This document shows positions 52,762 to 64,000 of a stretch of DNA of 64,000 nucleotides, piece after piece. Origin of the DNA: Eledone cirrhosa (taxonomy: Eukaryota); NCBI GenBank assembly GCA_964016885.1, contig OZ024741.1, positions 307,148,001 through 307,212,000 of the forward strand. Direction: 5' to 3'. Positions within the stretch are counted from its first letter, which is position 1, and each line of letters starts with the position of its first letter. Position numbers and translations under genes: made by a program. Under the pieces are notes generated by a model. It did not search any database. It saw only the letters and a program-made list of their open reading frames with translations, and was not told the origin of the DNA.

Positions 52762-55513
52762 ATATAACTTTGAATAACTTTGAAATGTTTCGGCCAGTAT
52801 TGGCCCAGGCCATGTCTAACTTAATAGTACCACATGGCGAAGTCTTTCTATTCAGGATTTGGCACCATGGCCCATTCGAGAAGGGAATTACTGTTTGCGG
52901 AGACATATCCGGGTGTGGGTGGTTTGTCCGGGTTTACTTAGAGGAATTTGTCCAAAGACTTCTTGAATTTTGTATGGTCAGTTTCTGTTTTGACGTGTCG
53001 TGGTGTGATGTTGAAGAGAGCAGGGCCAATTGAGGTGAAATAATTGTGCCGTATTGTTGTTATGAGTTGCGATTTAGATTTTTGTTTGGGACGGATAGCA
53101 CGGGGCCCAAGCCTTGGGTGTATTTTGAAGGTGATGCCAACATCATTTGGACAGTGCTGATGAAACATTTTCCACATCATGCAGATAATATAACGCTCAG
53201 GGCGACGTTGGAGTGAGTAAAGTTTCAGCTTTTCTAGTCGACCCCAGTAGTCAAGGTCTGACATGCCATCTATCTTTTTCGTGATTGCCCTTTAGGGAGC
53301 TTCAAGTTTCATGATACTTTGTTTCGTGTGGGGAGACCACAGTGGACAATAGTATTCAAGGTGTGGTCGGGCAAAAGTGTAGAAGAGAAGGATAATGGTG
53401 TGGGAATCTCTCGACTGGAAGGTTCTGAGGATCCAGGAACACATTCTGCGGGCCATGTCAACTTTGCTGCTTATATGCGTGGCCCAGCTTATGTTGCTGT
53501 CCACGGTTACTCCCAAGTCTCTGATGTTGTTAGATGCCACGATAGTTTCACCGGAGGGAAGGGAGTACGGGAGTTTCAGAGCATCCTCTTTTCCAAAGTG
53601 GATCAGTTCGAATTTGTCTTCGTTAAGTAACATGTTGTTCTTTTCCGCCCATTGAGTAACAGCCAGTAGGTCTGACTGAAGGCTTATTTGGTCATCCACG
53701 CCATTGATGACCTTTTGGAGCTTGGAATCATCAGCGAAAATTCTAATGCTGCTGTGTTTGATGATGTCAGTGATGTCATTAATATAGATGAAGAAGAGAA
53801 GTGGGCCCAACACAGTGCCTTGTGGGACCCCACTACTGACTTTGGCTGGGCTGGATTTGACTCCTTCGACTACAACATGTTGGGTTCTGTTTGACAGGAA
53901 GCTCTTGATCCACTGCAGCAGCTGTCCAGTGACACCAATATTGGACAGCTTTCTCAGTAGAATGTTGCGATCAACCCTGTCAAAGGCCTTGCTGAAATCA
54001 AGGTAGATAACATCAGTGTTGGAACCCTCTCCCAAGGCTCTCAAAATGTCATCAAAGTGATGCAGTAGCTGCGTCAGGCAATCCCTTCCATTACGGAATC
54101 CATGCTGGTTGGAGTTCAGCATATTGTTACTCTCAAGGTAGTGAGTCTTTCGCGATCTCACCACTCTCTCAAACACCTTAATGATATGAGGGGTGAGTGA
54201 GATTGGACGGTAATTCACGGCAAGGGATTTTTTTCCTTTTTTGAAAACTGGGACAACAGACTGGGATAGAAGGTTTTCTGGCACATATCCAGCATCCAGT
54301 GAGTTCCGCCACAGATTGGCAAGAGGAGATGCAAGTTGGTGTTGACACGCCTTCAAGACACAAGCAGGGAACCTATCGGGACCTGCTGAATTATGCTTTA
54401 TTTCCTTTATTGCCGCTAAGACATCAGGGGCGCCAAACGTTATGTCCGATAAGGTGTAATGGGGAGTAACATCGCCGATACAGCCCAGATCGGCCATATC
54501 AGGATTGCTGAAAACAGAGCAGTATTGTTTCTGCAGTATCTCACCCATGGTTTTAGCATTGTCTTGAAGAGTGCCATTTTCATCAATTAGCGGGCCAACA
54601 GTAGAGCCAGTGATTTTGTGCTTTTTTGCAAATGAAAAGAACACTTTGGGATTGAGTTTGATCTTCTCAATGGCCCAGGCCTCTTCAGTTCTTCTCTGAT
54701 TGTTGATGATAGACATCATATTGTTTTGGAGGTTATGTTTTTTAATCTCTAGTGATGAAATGGTAGTCAAGTTGATGTGTTGCTGCTGACAGTATTTCAG
54801 CTTGTTGATTTTTTTGATAGTTCTCTTAATTTTCCTGATGAGCGTTTTTCTATTTCTAGGGATTCTGCTCTTAGATTTGTTTATAGTTCTTAATGGGGTG
54901 TGTTTTGCACATATATTTGTAACAGTGTCCACAAATGTCTGCCAGGACTTTTTGATGTTAGTGGGTGTGTGAGTGTGCGTGAAGGACCAGTCGACACGTG
55001 CAAGATCATGACTGATCGCTTCCCAGTTTGCATTGTGGAAATCCATAGCGTCAAACGGATGGACAGGAGAGATGACATTGGGTTTGTATATTGGACGGTG
55101 GAATCTCAGATCACAGAGAACCATGTCATGATCAGAGAGTAGAGTTTTCTCCACTGCAATATTGTGGATATTGTCAGTGTGATTGCTGAAAATTAAGTCT
55201 AGGACGTTTTTGTGGCACCTCATTGGTTCGAGCACCAGTTGGGACAGGAAGAAATCATCCATGAAGTCAAGAAGCGATTCTACTGCTTCCCTGTCAGAGG
55301 TTGAGGCATGAAACCTGGTGGCAGGCTGTTTGTGGACAAGTCAACTCCGGGGAGGTTGAAGTCCCCCATCATTAAGATGTTGTCAGGGTGACACTCTTGG
55401 ATGAAACACTTTATGCAGTTGAGGTATTCCTTGAAGCATGGTAGAGGCGTTTGGGGTGGCCTATAGAGCCCAACTACTATTAGGTTGTTGGTTTGACTGA
55501 ATACAGTGACTGC
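52762..55513 (-). mobile_element. CR1/L2-type LINE family B, truncated inside the APE domain
   Basis: GLYRPP, MGDFNLP, LDLIF, SDHD, NYRPISLT, YLDFSKAFDRV, GVPQGTVLGP, FADD; ORF 53292-55262; tail (TTCAAAGTTA)2. Confidence 0.92.
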
Positions 55514-58500
55514 TCATCCGAGATCCTGGATAACAAGGTGTCAAGATGTTTCTTGAAGACATCCACCTCCACGTCATGCAAATCTCTCAGATCCCTCGGC
55601 AGCTTGTTGAAGTGTTGAGGGCCCTTGAATCCCAGGCTATTGCAATACCTGCTCATTATTCTAGATGTGGAAGACGGGACCTTTTGCACCACACAGTGAC
55701 GTCCTGTTCGACGGTTGGTCCAGCCCCCAATGCCAAAGTTTGGTGCTAGTCCCTCCAGGATTTTCCACATGTAGATCACTGCGTATCTCTCCCGTCTTCG
55801 TTCCAAGGAGTAGAGGTTCAGTTCCTTTAGCCTCTCCCAGTAGCTTGTCTCCCTCATCTTGGCAATCCTCTTCGTGTAGCTTCGCTGAATTGCCTCAAGC
55901 TCCGTGGTTAGTTTGACACTATGGGGTGACCACAACTGGGAGCAGTAGTCCAGGCGGCTTAGGACAAATGTCCTCCATAGTGTCAACATGGTGTCTCAAT
56001 CTCTTGTCCGGAAAGTCCTCAAGATCCAGCCAGCGAGTCGTCTGCACATTGTCGCCACTTTCATGATATGTGAAGAAAAAGATGCATCATCGCTCATGTC
56101 TATGCCCAGGTCTCGTATCGATTTTGACACGGGGATATCGGTCCCTTCTGGTCCTGTGTAGTTGTGTTCTACTATATTTGTGTTTGCAGGTTTGTTTGGA
56201 GGTTTGTATTGTAGGGCTTGGAATTTGCCAGCATTAAACTGCATGTTGTTTTCTTCCGCCCATTTGTATATGGCATCCAGACCCTGCTGTAAAAGGGCAG
56301 CGTCAGCCGGGTTTTTGATTGCCTGTGCTACCTTAGTGTCATCAGCATAGCTAGTGAGGGATGTTGTTTTATGTACTACAGAGGGCATGTCTGAGAGAGC
56401 CACCAAAAACAGTAGTGGTCCCAGGACTGTCCCCTGGGGCACCCCACTTGTTATTGGTGTTTCCTTTGAGAAGGCCCCATTTGCTGCGACTGCCTGGCTT
56501 CTGTCCCTTAGGAAGCCATGCAGCCACTCACCTACTTTTCCAGTTATGCCGAGTCCGTGTAGTTTGTGACATATCATTCCGTGGTCGACCTTGTCAAAGG
56601 CCTTCGCAATGTCAAGATATATCACGTCCACATGTGAGCTGTCTAGTAGTTGTTTCAGTACCCAGTCGTAGTGATGTAGCAGCTGTGTAAAGCAGCTTCT
56701 TCCTGGGCGCAAGCCATGTTGCGTGCTAGTCAGGCGGTCATTTTCCTCGAGGAAAGTGATCAGCTTCTTTCTGACGACTCGCTCCATGACCTTACTGATA
56801 TGCGACGTCAAGGAGACAGGCCTATAGTGTTTGGCCTCCGCTCTGCTACCTCCTTTATGGATAGGGCATATTGTGCCTTCTTTCAGCTCCCTGGGTAGTA
56901 CATCGCTAGCCAAGGAGCTTATGAAGAGCATCTTCAGTGGAGTTGCTAAGGCCCGCTTACATATTTATAAGAGAACTGCTGGGAATCCATCAGGTCCAGC
57001 AGCCGAGTCTGTTCTAATTTCATCTATGGCGTACACCACATCCTCCTCCGTTATGTCTATGTGGTTGCCATTTCTTCATGTAGTGTTGTGACATCAAAGA
57101 ACTCCTCTGGCTTCGTTATTTGCATGTACCTCAGTGGACATGTGAACACACTTTTGTACTGTTCGTTCAGTATTTCACATATCTCTTGGGGGTTTTCGGT
57201 TAATGAACCGTCCGTATGGAAGAGTGGCCCAATCTTGCAGTGTACTGAGGCAATTTCTTTTGCAAATTTAAAGAAGGCCTTAGGGTTTGATTCAATGTTT
57301 TCTATAGCCCTGTTCTCTTTCTTTGCCCTCTCATTCTCATGGGAAAGCTTGAGTGCAATCTCGGTTCCAAGTAATGCACATTTCAAATAGGATTCCTTCT
57401 TGTTTTTGTTTTGTTGACTATTCAACTATTTGAGAGTTTGGTTCTACGTCTCATAAGAATTTTCCTATCTCTGGGAATAAGATTTTTGTATCTGTTTGCC
57501 TTTTGTTCCGGGACAAACTTTTTGCATATAATGTGTATCGTTGTCATGAAGTGTTGAAATTGTGTGTTAGTGTCTTGTGTGGCGGTGTTTTCATTCCATG
57601 TTTGCTTCCGGATTTCTCTCTTAATCTTTTTCCAGTTAGCCTTGTAGAAGTTAAGGCTGGATAACGTCCCGGAGCTTCTTGGTGGTTTTGTCTCTGTTGG
57701 TTCTCTTGGACCACATATCATTAGCTCTACTAAGTTATGATCCGAGAGAATTGTTGGTCACCTTTACATTGTGGATTAGCACTTCGTTGTTTGTAAAACA
57801 GAGGTCCAGGACATTTTCGCCTCTTGTTGGGAGGAGTATTGCTTGTTACATGAACAGCCTGTGTGTGAGGGCCAGCAGGGATTCCGTCTGTCTCTGTTCT
57901 ATTGACGTCATTCCAGGGAGGAGGTGGCCCTCGGGCCATATGACCTTTGGTAGGTTGAAGTCTCCCAGCAGTAGAATGTTGAGACCCTGGTCCAGTTTGT
58001 CAAGGACCTCTTCTATCCTACTTAGGCTATCCTCAAATTTACCCTCATAACTGGGGGCATCGGGCGGCCGATATGTGACACATATTAGTCTGTAGTTGCT
58101 TCATATGTACTATCAGTGTGTCACAGACTGAGTTTGAATGTGTCAACAGTACAATTGGTGTGACATCTTCACAGATATACAGAGCAACCCCACCATGAGT
58201 TCTCTCCTTCCTGTCCGAACGAAATACAGTATATTTCGGTATATGTATTTCTGCATCTGCTATACTGCTTGTCAAGTGCGTTTCGGTTAGTGCCATGCAT
58301 AATGCTTGATTGCTTATGGCTAAGTCTCCCAGGTAGGAAATTTTACTCATGTTACTGAGTTTCACCAGGCCTATGACATTCAGCAGCTGCACTGATGTGA
58401 ATTTTGGGGTGCCAGTAATGGCTGTCGGTATGATACCTGGTCTGGTGTCAGCGGCGGCCACTCTGGGTCCCTTAACTGTGGTGATCTCGAGTGCTGGTGT

Positions 58501-59310
58501 GGATGACCCTGGCTCTGGAGACGATGCAGCCAGGTCAGCTGTCCCACAATCTCCTCTGCCATCACTAAAAAATGTTTCTGCTCTGCTGCTGCCATCTGTA
58601 TCTCGTCGGCATGTGCGTGCCTTCTCCTTGTTGGTGCGGCACGCGCGACATCAGCATACTTCTGGAGCGGCTTGTTTCGGCTTTGGCTGTGGCATGTTGT
58701 GCGAGTAGGATGGGCATAGTTCGTTTGAGACCTAGGGTGTGCGAATCTGCATCCCATCCCTGTCTCTCTATGCCAGCATGTCCCGTTCTTGAATAACTTG
58801 CACATTACTTGGTTTTTTTTGCTCCCAGTGTCTCGGTGCTTTCTGTTCTTCCTTTGAACAGTTGTCCACTGGTTTTGCTTCTCCTTCGGAAGGTGATTTC
58901 TCTTTTCACCTTTGCCCTTTGCTTGTTGGTTGCCCGGCCTGCCCCTCCCTGACTGTGGAGGAGGGTATCTCATTTTCTTTCAGGTCCGTGCTTGTGCTCT
59001 CCTCCTTTTCTTTTTCTTTCTCTTTCTCCTCACCCTTCTCTTCGGTTTTCTCCTCCCTGAGGACACGGCTTAGCATCGCCATATGTGGCGCTATGAGGAC
59101 ATACGCCTTCTCAATTTCTTTTCTCTTTCTCTCTATCTGTGTCAGGGTCCTCAGAAACCCATGGCTTTTCAGGCTCTCCGCCATCTTTTTGCTTGGTGGA
59201 GACCCATCAGCCATGGTCCACCCCTTGATCAAAACCGCTAGTTCCATCTTTGACCAGTTTCGCTGACTCCTAATTTCACCTTTTTCCTGTATGCAGTCCA
59301 TTTTGCTGTG
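55514..59310 (-). mobile_element. Near full-length, frameshifted LINE family A: ORF1, APE, RT; 3' end lost
   Basis: ORF1 pieces at 58380-59301 with C-x7-C..C-x3-H; APE ALTETHL, RSDR..GGVALY, GDFN; RT closely similar to 15964-17950. Confidence 0.9.
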
Positions 59311-60250
59311 GATGGGAGAAAGAGAGATAGTGGGAAGTGTAGGGTAGAGGTTAGAGAGGGACAGAGGGAGGGAGGCAGATATAAGTCCAGTGAGAAATTG
59401 AAGGAGCGATTAGAGGGAAAAGAGAGAGAGAAAAAGAAACAGAAGAAAAGAAAGGGGAGAGAGACAGAAGAGACGAGCGAGAGAGATAGCGGCAAGAGTG
59501 GGGAGAAAGGTTAGAGAGAGAGAGAGGAGATAGATAAGTCCGGTGAGAAATTCAAGGTGCCATTTAGAGAGAGAGAGGGAGAGAGCTCGTGTGATCTAGA
59601 GAGAGAGAGAGAGAGACAGCGTGAGAAATAGAAATTCAGAAAAGTGAGAGAGCGGTCAAAGAGAACTATAAATATTAGTAATAAATATCGTTCAAAGAAT
59701 ATTTCGCGATAAAACACCAAAACAAAGTGAACATCAAATGATATCCACATGAAATATAAAGGAGACAGAAAAAGTTAAGATGAAATAAAAATAACATAAG
59801 ATGAATCGAAAATAAATTTTAAATTAAATTAAATGAATGAATGAAAGAAACCCAAAATGTTAAAGATATAGAAACACGATGTACGTTCTATATAAGTTGA
59901 ATTTAAATGTTTCTTTAGAAATATAAATAACGGAACCGTATAGAGTGACCATAGTTATTGTAATATCAATATATCAAACAAGAAACAACAAACACACATG
60001 CTCACCAAGTAAAAAAAAAATAAAATTATATTAAATTAAATTATGTTACTCAGAAAAATACAAGATCTACCTAAGTTAAATTAAAATTAAATTACGTATA
60101 CTCTGTATGGTAGTCAAAGAAAAATAGAAAGCACGTGTTTGTGTTGTTTTTAGGAGGGTATCACACGGTGAAAAATAAACATGTTTAAAATACTAATATA
60201 TGTAAAATATACTTCAAATATATATGTATATATGTACATATATACTTGAA

Positions 60251-60321
<71 letters not shown>

Positions 60322-60326
<5 letters not shown>

Positions 60327-63300
60327 AGATTTGAATGGATACAGTTTAGTTGAAAAGGAATTTATTGACACGTGTTTCTATAACAGTTACATAACCTAAA
60401 ACAGCTGCTATCTACAAACTTTTAGTTATGCAGACATTCAATATTTCAATGTTATTATTTACTGTCATTTCATCAGAATAATATTACTGAGGACCTATTT
60501 AGTTTTTATAAAGAATATTAGGAGGGAGGGGTGAAGTTGTTAGAAGAATAGTTGAAGGAGTGGTTTTTCGATAGCAGTGAGAATTCTTGGTGGCAGTGAG
60601 TAATTAGATTCCCATCTGTTGTTTTGACATTTTTTATAGAATATATTATTGGTTATTTTTCTAAATCTATAGAAGGATTAGAGATAGTAAAGATATGCGT
60701 GGTTGGTTTTGTGTTTGCACTTAATTAACATTAATCTACTGTGTGTAATATTTATATTACAACACAACGGAAAATACTGTATATTTACCTCCTGTAAAGT
60801 CGAGCAACCCACACAGCAAACGCAACCACAACAATGGAAAAACACTACCTGGATATGTCACTCAAAAACATACCAACCCAAGTAGAAAGGAATATTTATT
60901 GAGTATGATTCAAAAAACTAATGAATTCATTCGACGTGTCAGGTGGAAAACGCTCCACTATGATAGAAGCCGTATGAACTCAACATTAGAAAGTGGTGTA
61001 AACAACAAATACGGTTTTAGGACTTGTAAAAACCCACCCACCAACCCACTATTAGATGCATTTGAGCAGGACCTTATGAACTTAATCCTTAAATTAAATT
61101 CAAAGGACGCAACACCAACAGCAAATTACAGAAAGATATAAAAAAAACTACTGGACGACCTTAAAAACACCAAAGGAATTGTAGTAAAAGCGGACAAAAC
61201 ATCAAACCTGTACACTATGGATTGCACTACATACAACAACTTCATTCGAAAAGAATTACATAAAAAATACAGAAAAACGAGTGAAGTAACCCTTAAGCAC
61301 ATCAATGATGAGGCATGCGAAATAGTGAAAAATCTCGGAATCGAAGATAGGACAGGGCCACTCTTACCGGCGGTACCCACCTTCAATCTTAAGGACCACA
61401 AGGTAAACTTTGATAATGACCCTAAAATTAGATTAATCTGCCCCTCTAAATCAGATATAGGTAAAATAAGCAAATATATCTTAGATAGAATCATCCCCCA
61501 AATTAAGGCTAAGGTTAACATTAAACTCTGGGGAAGACCCAAGAAGCAATAAGATGGTTTAATAGCATTAGCAATAAGAATAAATCTAAGTTTATCCAGT
61601 TTGATATCGATGAATATTACTCATCGATATCACCTGAAACTTTGAATAGAGCCATTAAGTTTGCTAAGGATAACTCTGACCTTACAAACGATGAAATTAA
61701 GATTATATTAGAAGCTAGGAAAACTATAGTCAAATTTGAGAACAGTTATTGGGTACGTAAAGATAGACCCTCTAACTTTGACATAACAATGGGCTCTAAC
61801 GATTCGGCGGAAATAACTGATATTGTGGGGTTATTTATCGCCTTTAGACTCCAGGAAAAATTCAGCAATCTCCACGGCGGAATATACCGCGACGATGTTC
61901 TCCTCCTAGCTAAAAACCTTAATAACCAAAATTAGAAAAACTACGCAAAGATATAAGAAAACTACTACTCGAAATAGGACTAACTATAACATATGAATAC
62001 AACCTTAAAGTAGTTAACTTCCTGGATGTCACACTCAATTTAAACTCTGGTTTGATTAAACCGTTTCATAAATTGAATGAAAATCTCAAATACGTAAATG
62101 TTGGTCTAACCACCCCATCTCTATAATTAAATCTATCCCTAAAAATATTTCCCTTAGAATCTCGGGTCTATCTTCTAACATACAAGTATTTAAGGAACAC
62201 GCCGAGTACTACGATAACGCCCTTAGTAAAGCAGGCTACCTCAACAAAATAGAGTACATAGATGGGAACAATCAAAACACCCAAAATAAATCCCACATAG
62301 GTAGATATAATAACACAACACCAAACCACACTTACTACCATAGTATGCACACCAGTAAACCAACAAACAAAACTAATAGAAAGCGATGCAAAGAGTACTT
62401 ATGGTATAACCCCGAATACAATAGTTCCATTAGTACAAATTTACCAGTACTCTTCTTTAAAATAATTAAAAGACATTTTCCCACATCACACAAATACCAC
62501 AAAATCCTAAACCCTACCACTATAAGACTGTCATACTCTACAGCGTTAAACCTTGAACAACACATAAAAAAGATCAATACTAGAAGGTTAAACGAAAACA
62601 ATAAGAACTTAAGTACAAAGAACACAAAAAAAAACAGTAGACAATACACTACAGAACATAAATAAACCACACCTACGTTCGTCCGCAATACTACTCCAGA
62701 GAAAACCCAACGTACACAACTGTAACTGCACCTATCCTGACAACTGCCCCCTCGGCAATAACTGCCTCGAAAAAAATATTATTTATAAGTGTACCATTAA
62801 ATCCGGAGGCAACGAGTGGTATTACGTGGGATCAACGGCAACATCGTTTAAATCTCGATTGTATAGGCATTCTTACTCAATAAAACACCAGAGCCAAAGA
62901 AATGTAACAACTTTAGCAGAAAAAGCTTGGACGCTCAGGGATAGCGATCAAAAGTTTACCCTAAAATGGGAGAAATTAGCTAAAACCCAAAGCTTTTCCA
63001 GGAGCCAAAATTTCTGCAAATTGTGTAATCTTGAGATTTATTACATAATCACACACAAGAAGAAACTGCTGAATAACAGAATTGAACGAACATTATTCTG
63101 CCGTCACAGAACTAAAACCCTTTTTTCCCACTACAAGCCGAATATTACATAAAAGAGGGACATCCCCCAACTATATAAACCTTAATCTAGTTAGAAAAAT
63201 ATAAAAACAATCTCTTCTCAACATATATTAATAACCTTAAATTACCACACTAATAATGGAAAGATATGCTGATGAGAATAGGTACAAATATGCGATAATG

Positions 63301-63419
63301 AATGTGTCTAAAAACGTCCATAAGTATGTATATATATCTGAACATGTATATAAATAAGTAAATATGTATATATGTTTGATGTGTATAGTTAGATGTAAGT
63401 GTATTCATGTATTAAAGTG

Positions 63420-63506
<87 letters not shown>

Positions 63507-64000
63507 ATGTATATGTGTGTATATGGATGTGTATGTATGTGTATGTGTGTACACATGGACTAGAGTATGTATGTATATATGTGTGTGTCTATACGTGTGT
63601 ATATAAAGATAATTTGAGTATGAAAATGTATACACATGAGCGCGTATGTATGTACATGAATACATGTGTGTATATATATGTGTATGCATGTGTATATATA
63701 TGTAAGTATGAATATGTGAATTGTGAGTATATGTATTTTGTAGAGGTGTGCAAATATATTTATGTGTGAATGCGTGGGTGAAAGGATACGTACACTTGAA
63801 AGAAAAATTTAAGTCTGAATGTTAATTAAGTGCAAACACAAAACCAACCACGCATATCTTTACTATCTCTAATCCTTCTATAGATTTAGAAAAATAACCA
63901 ATAATATATTCTATAAAAAATGTCAAAACAACAGATGGGAATCTAATTACTCACTGCCACCAAGAATTCTCACTGCTATCGAAAAACCACTCCTTCAACT
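60322..64000 (+). mobile_element. Apparently full-length but frameshifted Hydra-like PLE family C with a ~410-bp inverted pLTR at the 5' end
   Basis: Coding region 60834-63152 (SLKNIP, FIRRVRWK, KADKTSN, LKDHK, QFDIDEYY, IYRDD, GIY-YIG); 60322-60732 is the reverse complement of 49320-49732 and of 63818 onward. Confidence 0.92.
60362..60481 (-). ncRNA. Type I HHR with a 91-nt helix II (second copy)
   Basis: Reverse complement of 49573-49692. Confidence 0.75.

Overview
Eukaryotic, gene-free repeat 'graveyard', probably from a cephalopod: the tRNA-derived SINE and the CR1-like 3' tail resemble octopus repeats as I recall them. There is a 200-N scaffold gap at 18855-19054. Long interrupted (TA)n tracts are filled with nested retroelements: two RTE LINEs, four CR1/L2-type LINE copies from three families, one SINE with a target-site duplication (TSD), and Penelope-like elements (PLEs) from at least four lineages. 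The PLE lineages are Hydra-like (three families), Neptune-like, Nematis/Poseidon-like, and an unusual family whose RT carries a ~70-aa insertion between motifs A and B' although its GIY-YIG endonuclease is C-terminal. By hand I find about 20 type I hammerhead ribozyme (HHR) motifs from about 10 sequence families. They include two families with ~90-110 nt helix II, a U3-A8 core covariant, and a non-coding ~475-bp HHR tandem array that resembles a retrozyme. Many PLE insertions have an inverted copy of their 3' end at the 5' junction. The YIYI ORFs are microsatellite artefacts. All folds and alignments were done by eye.
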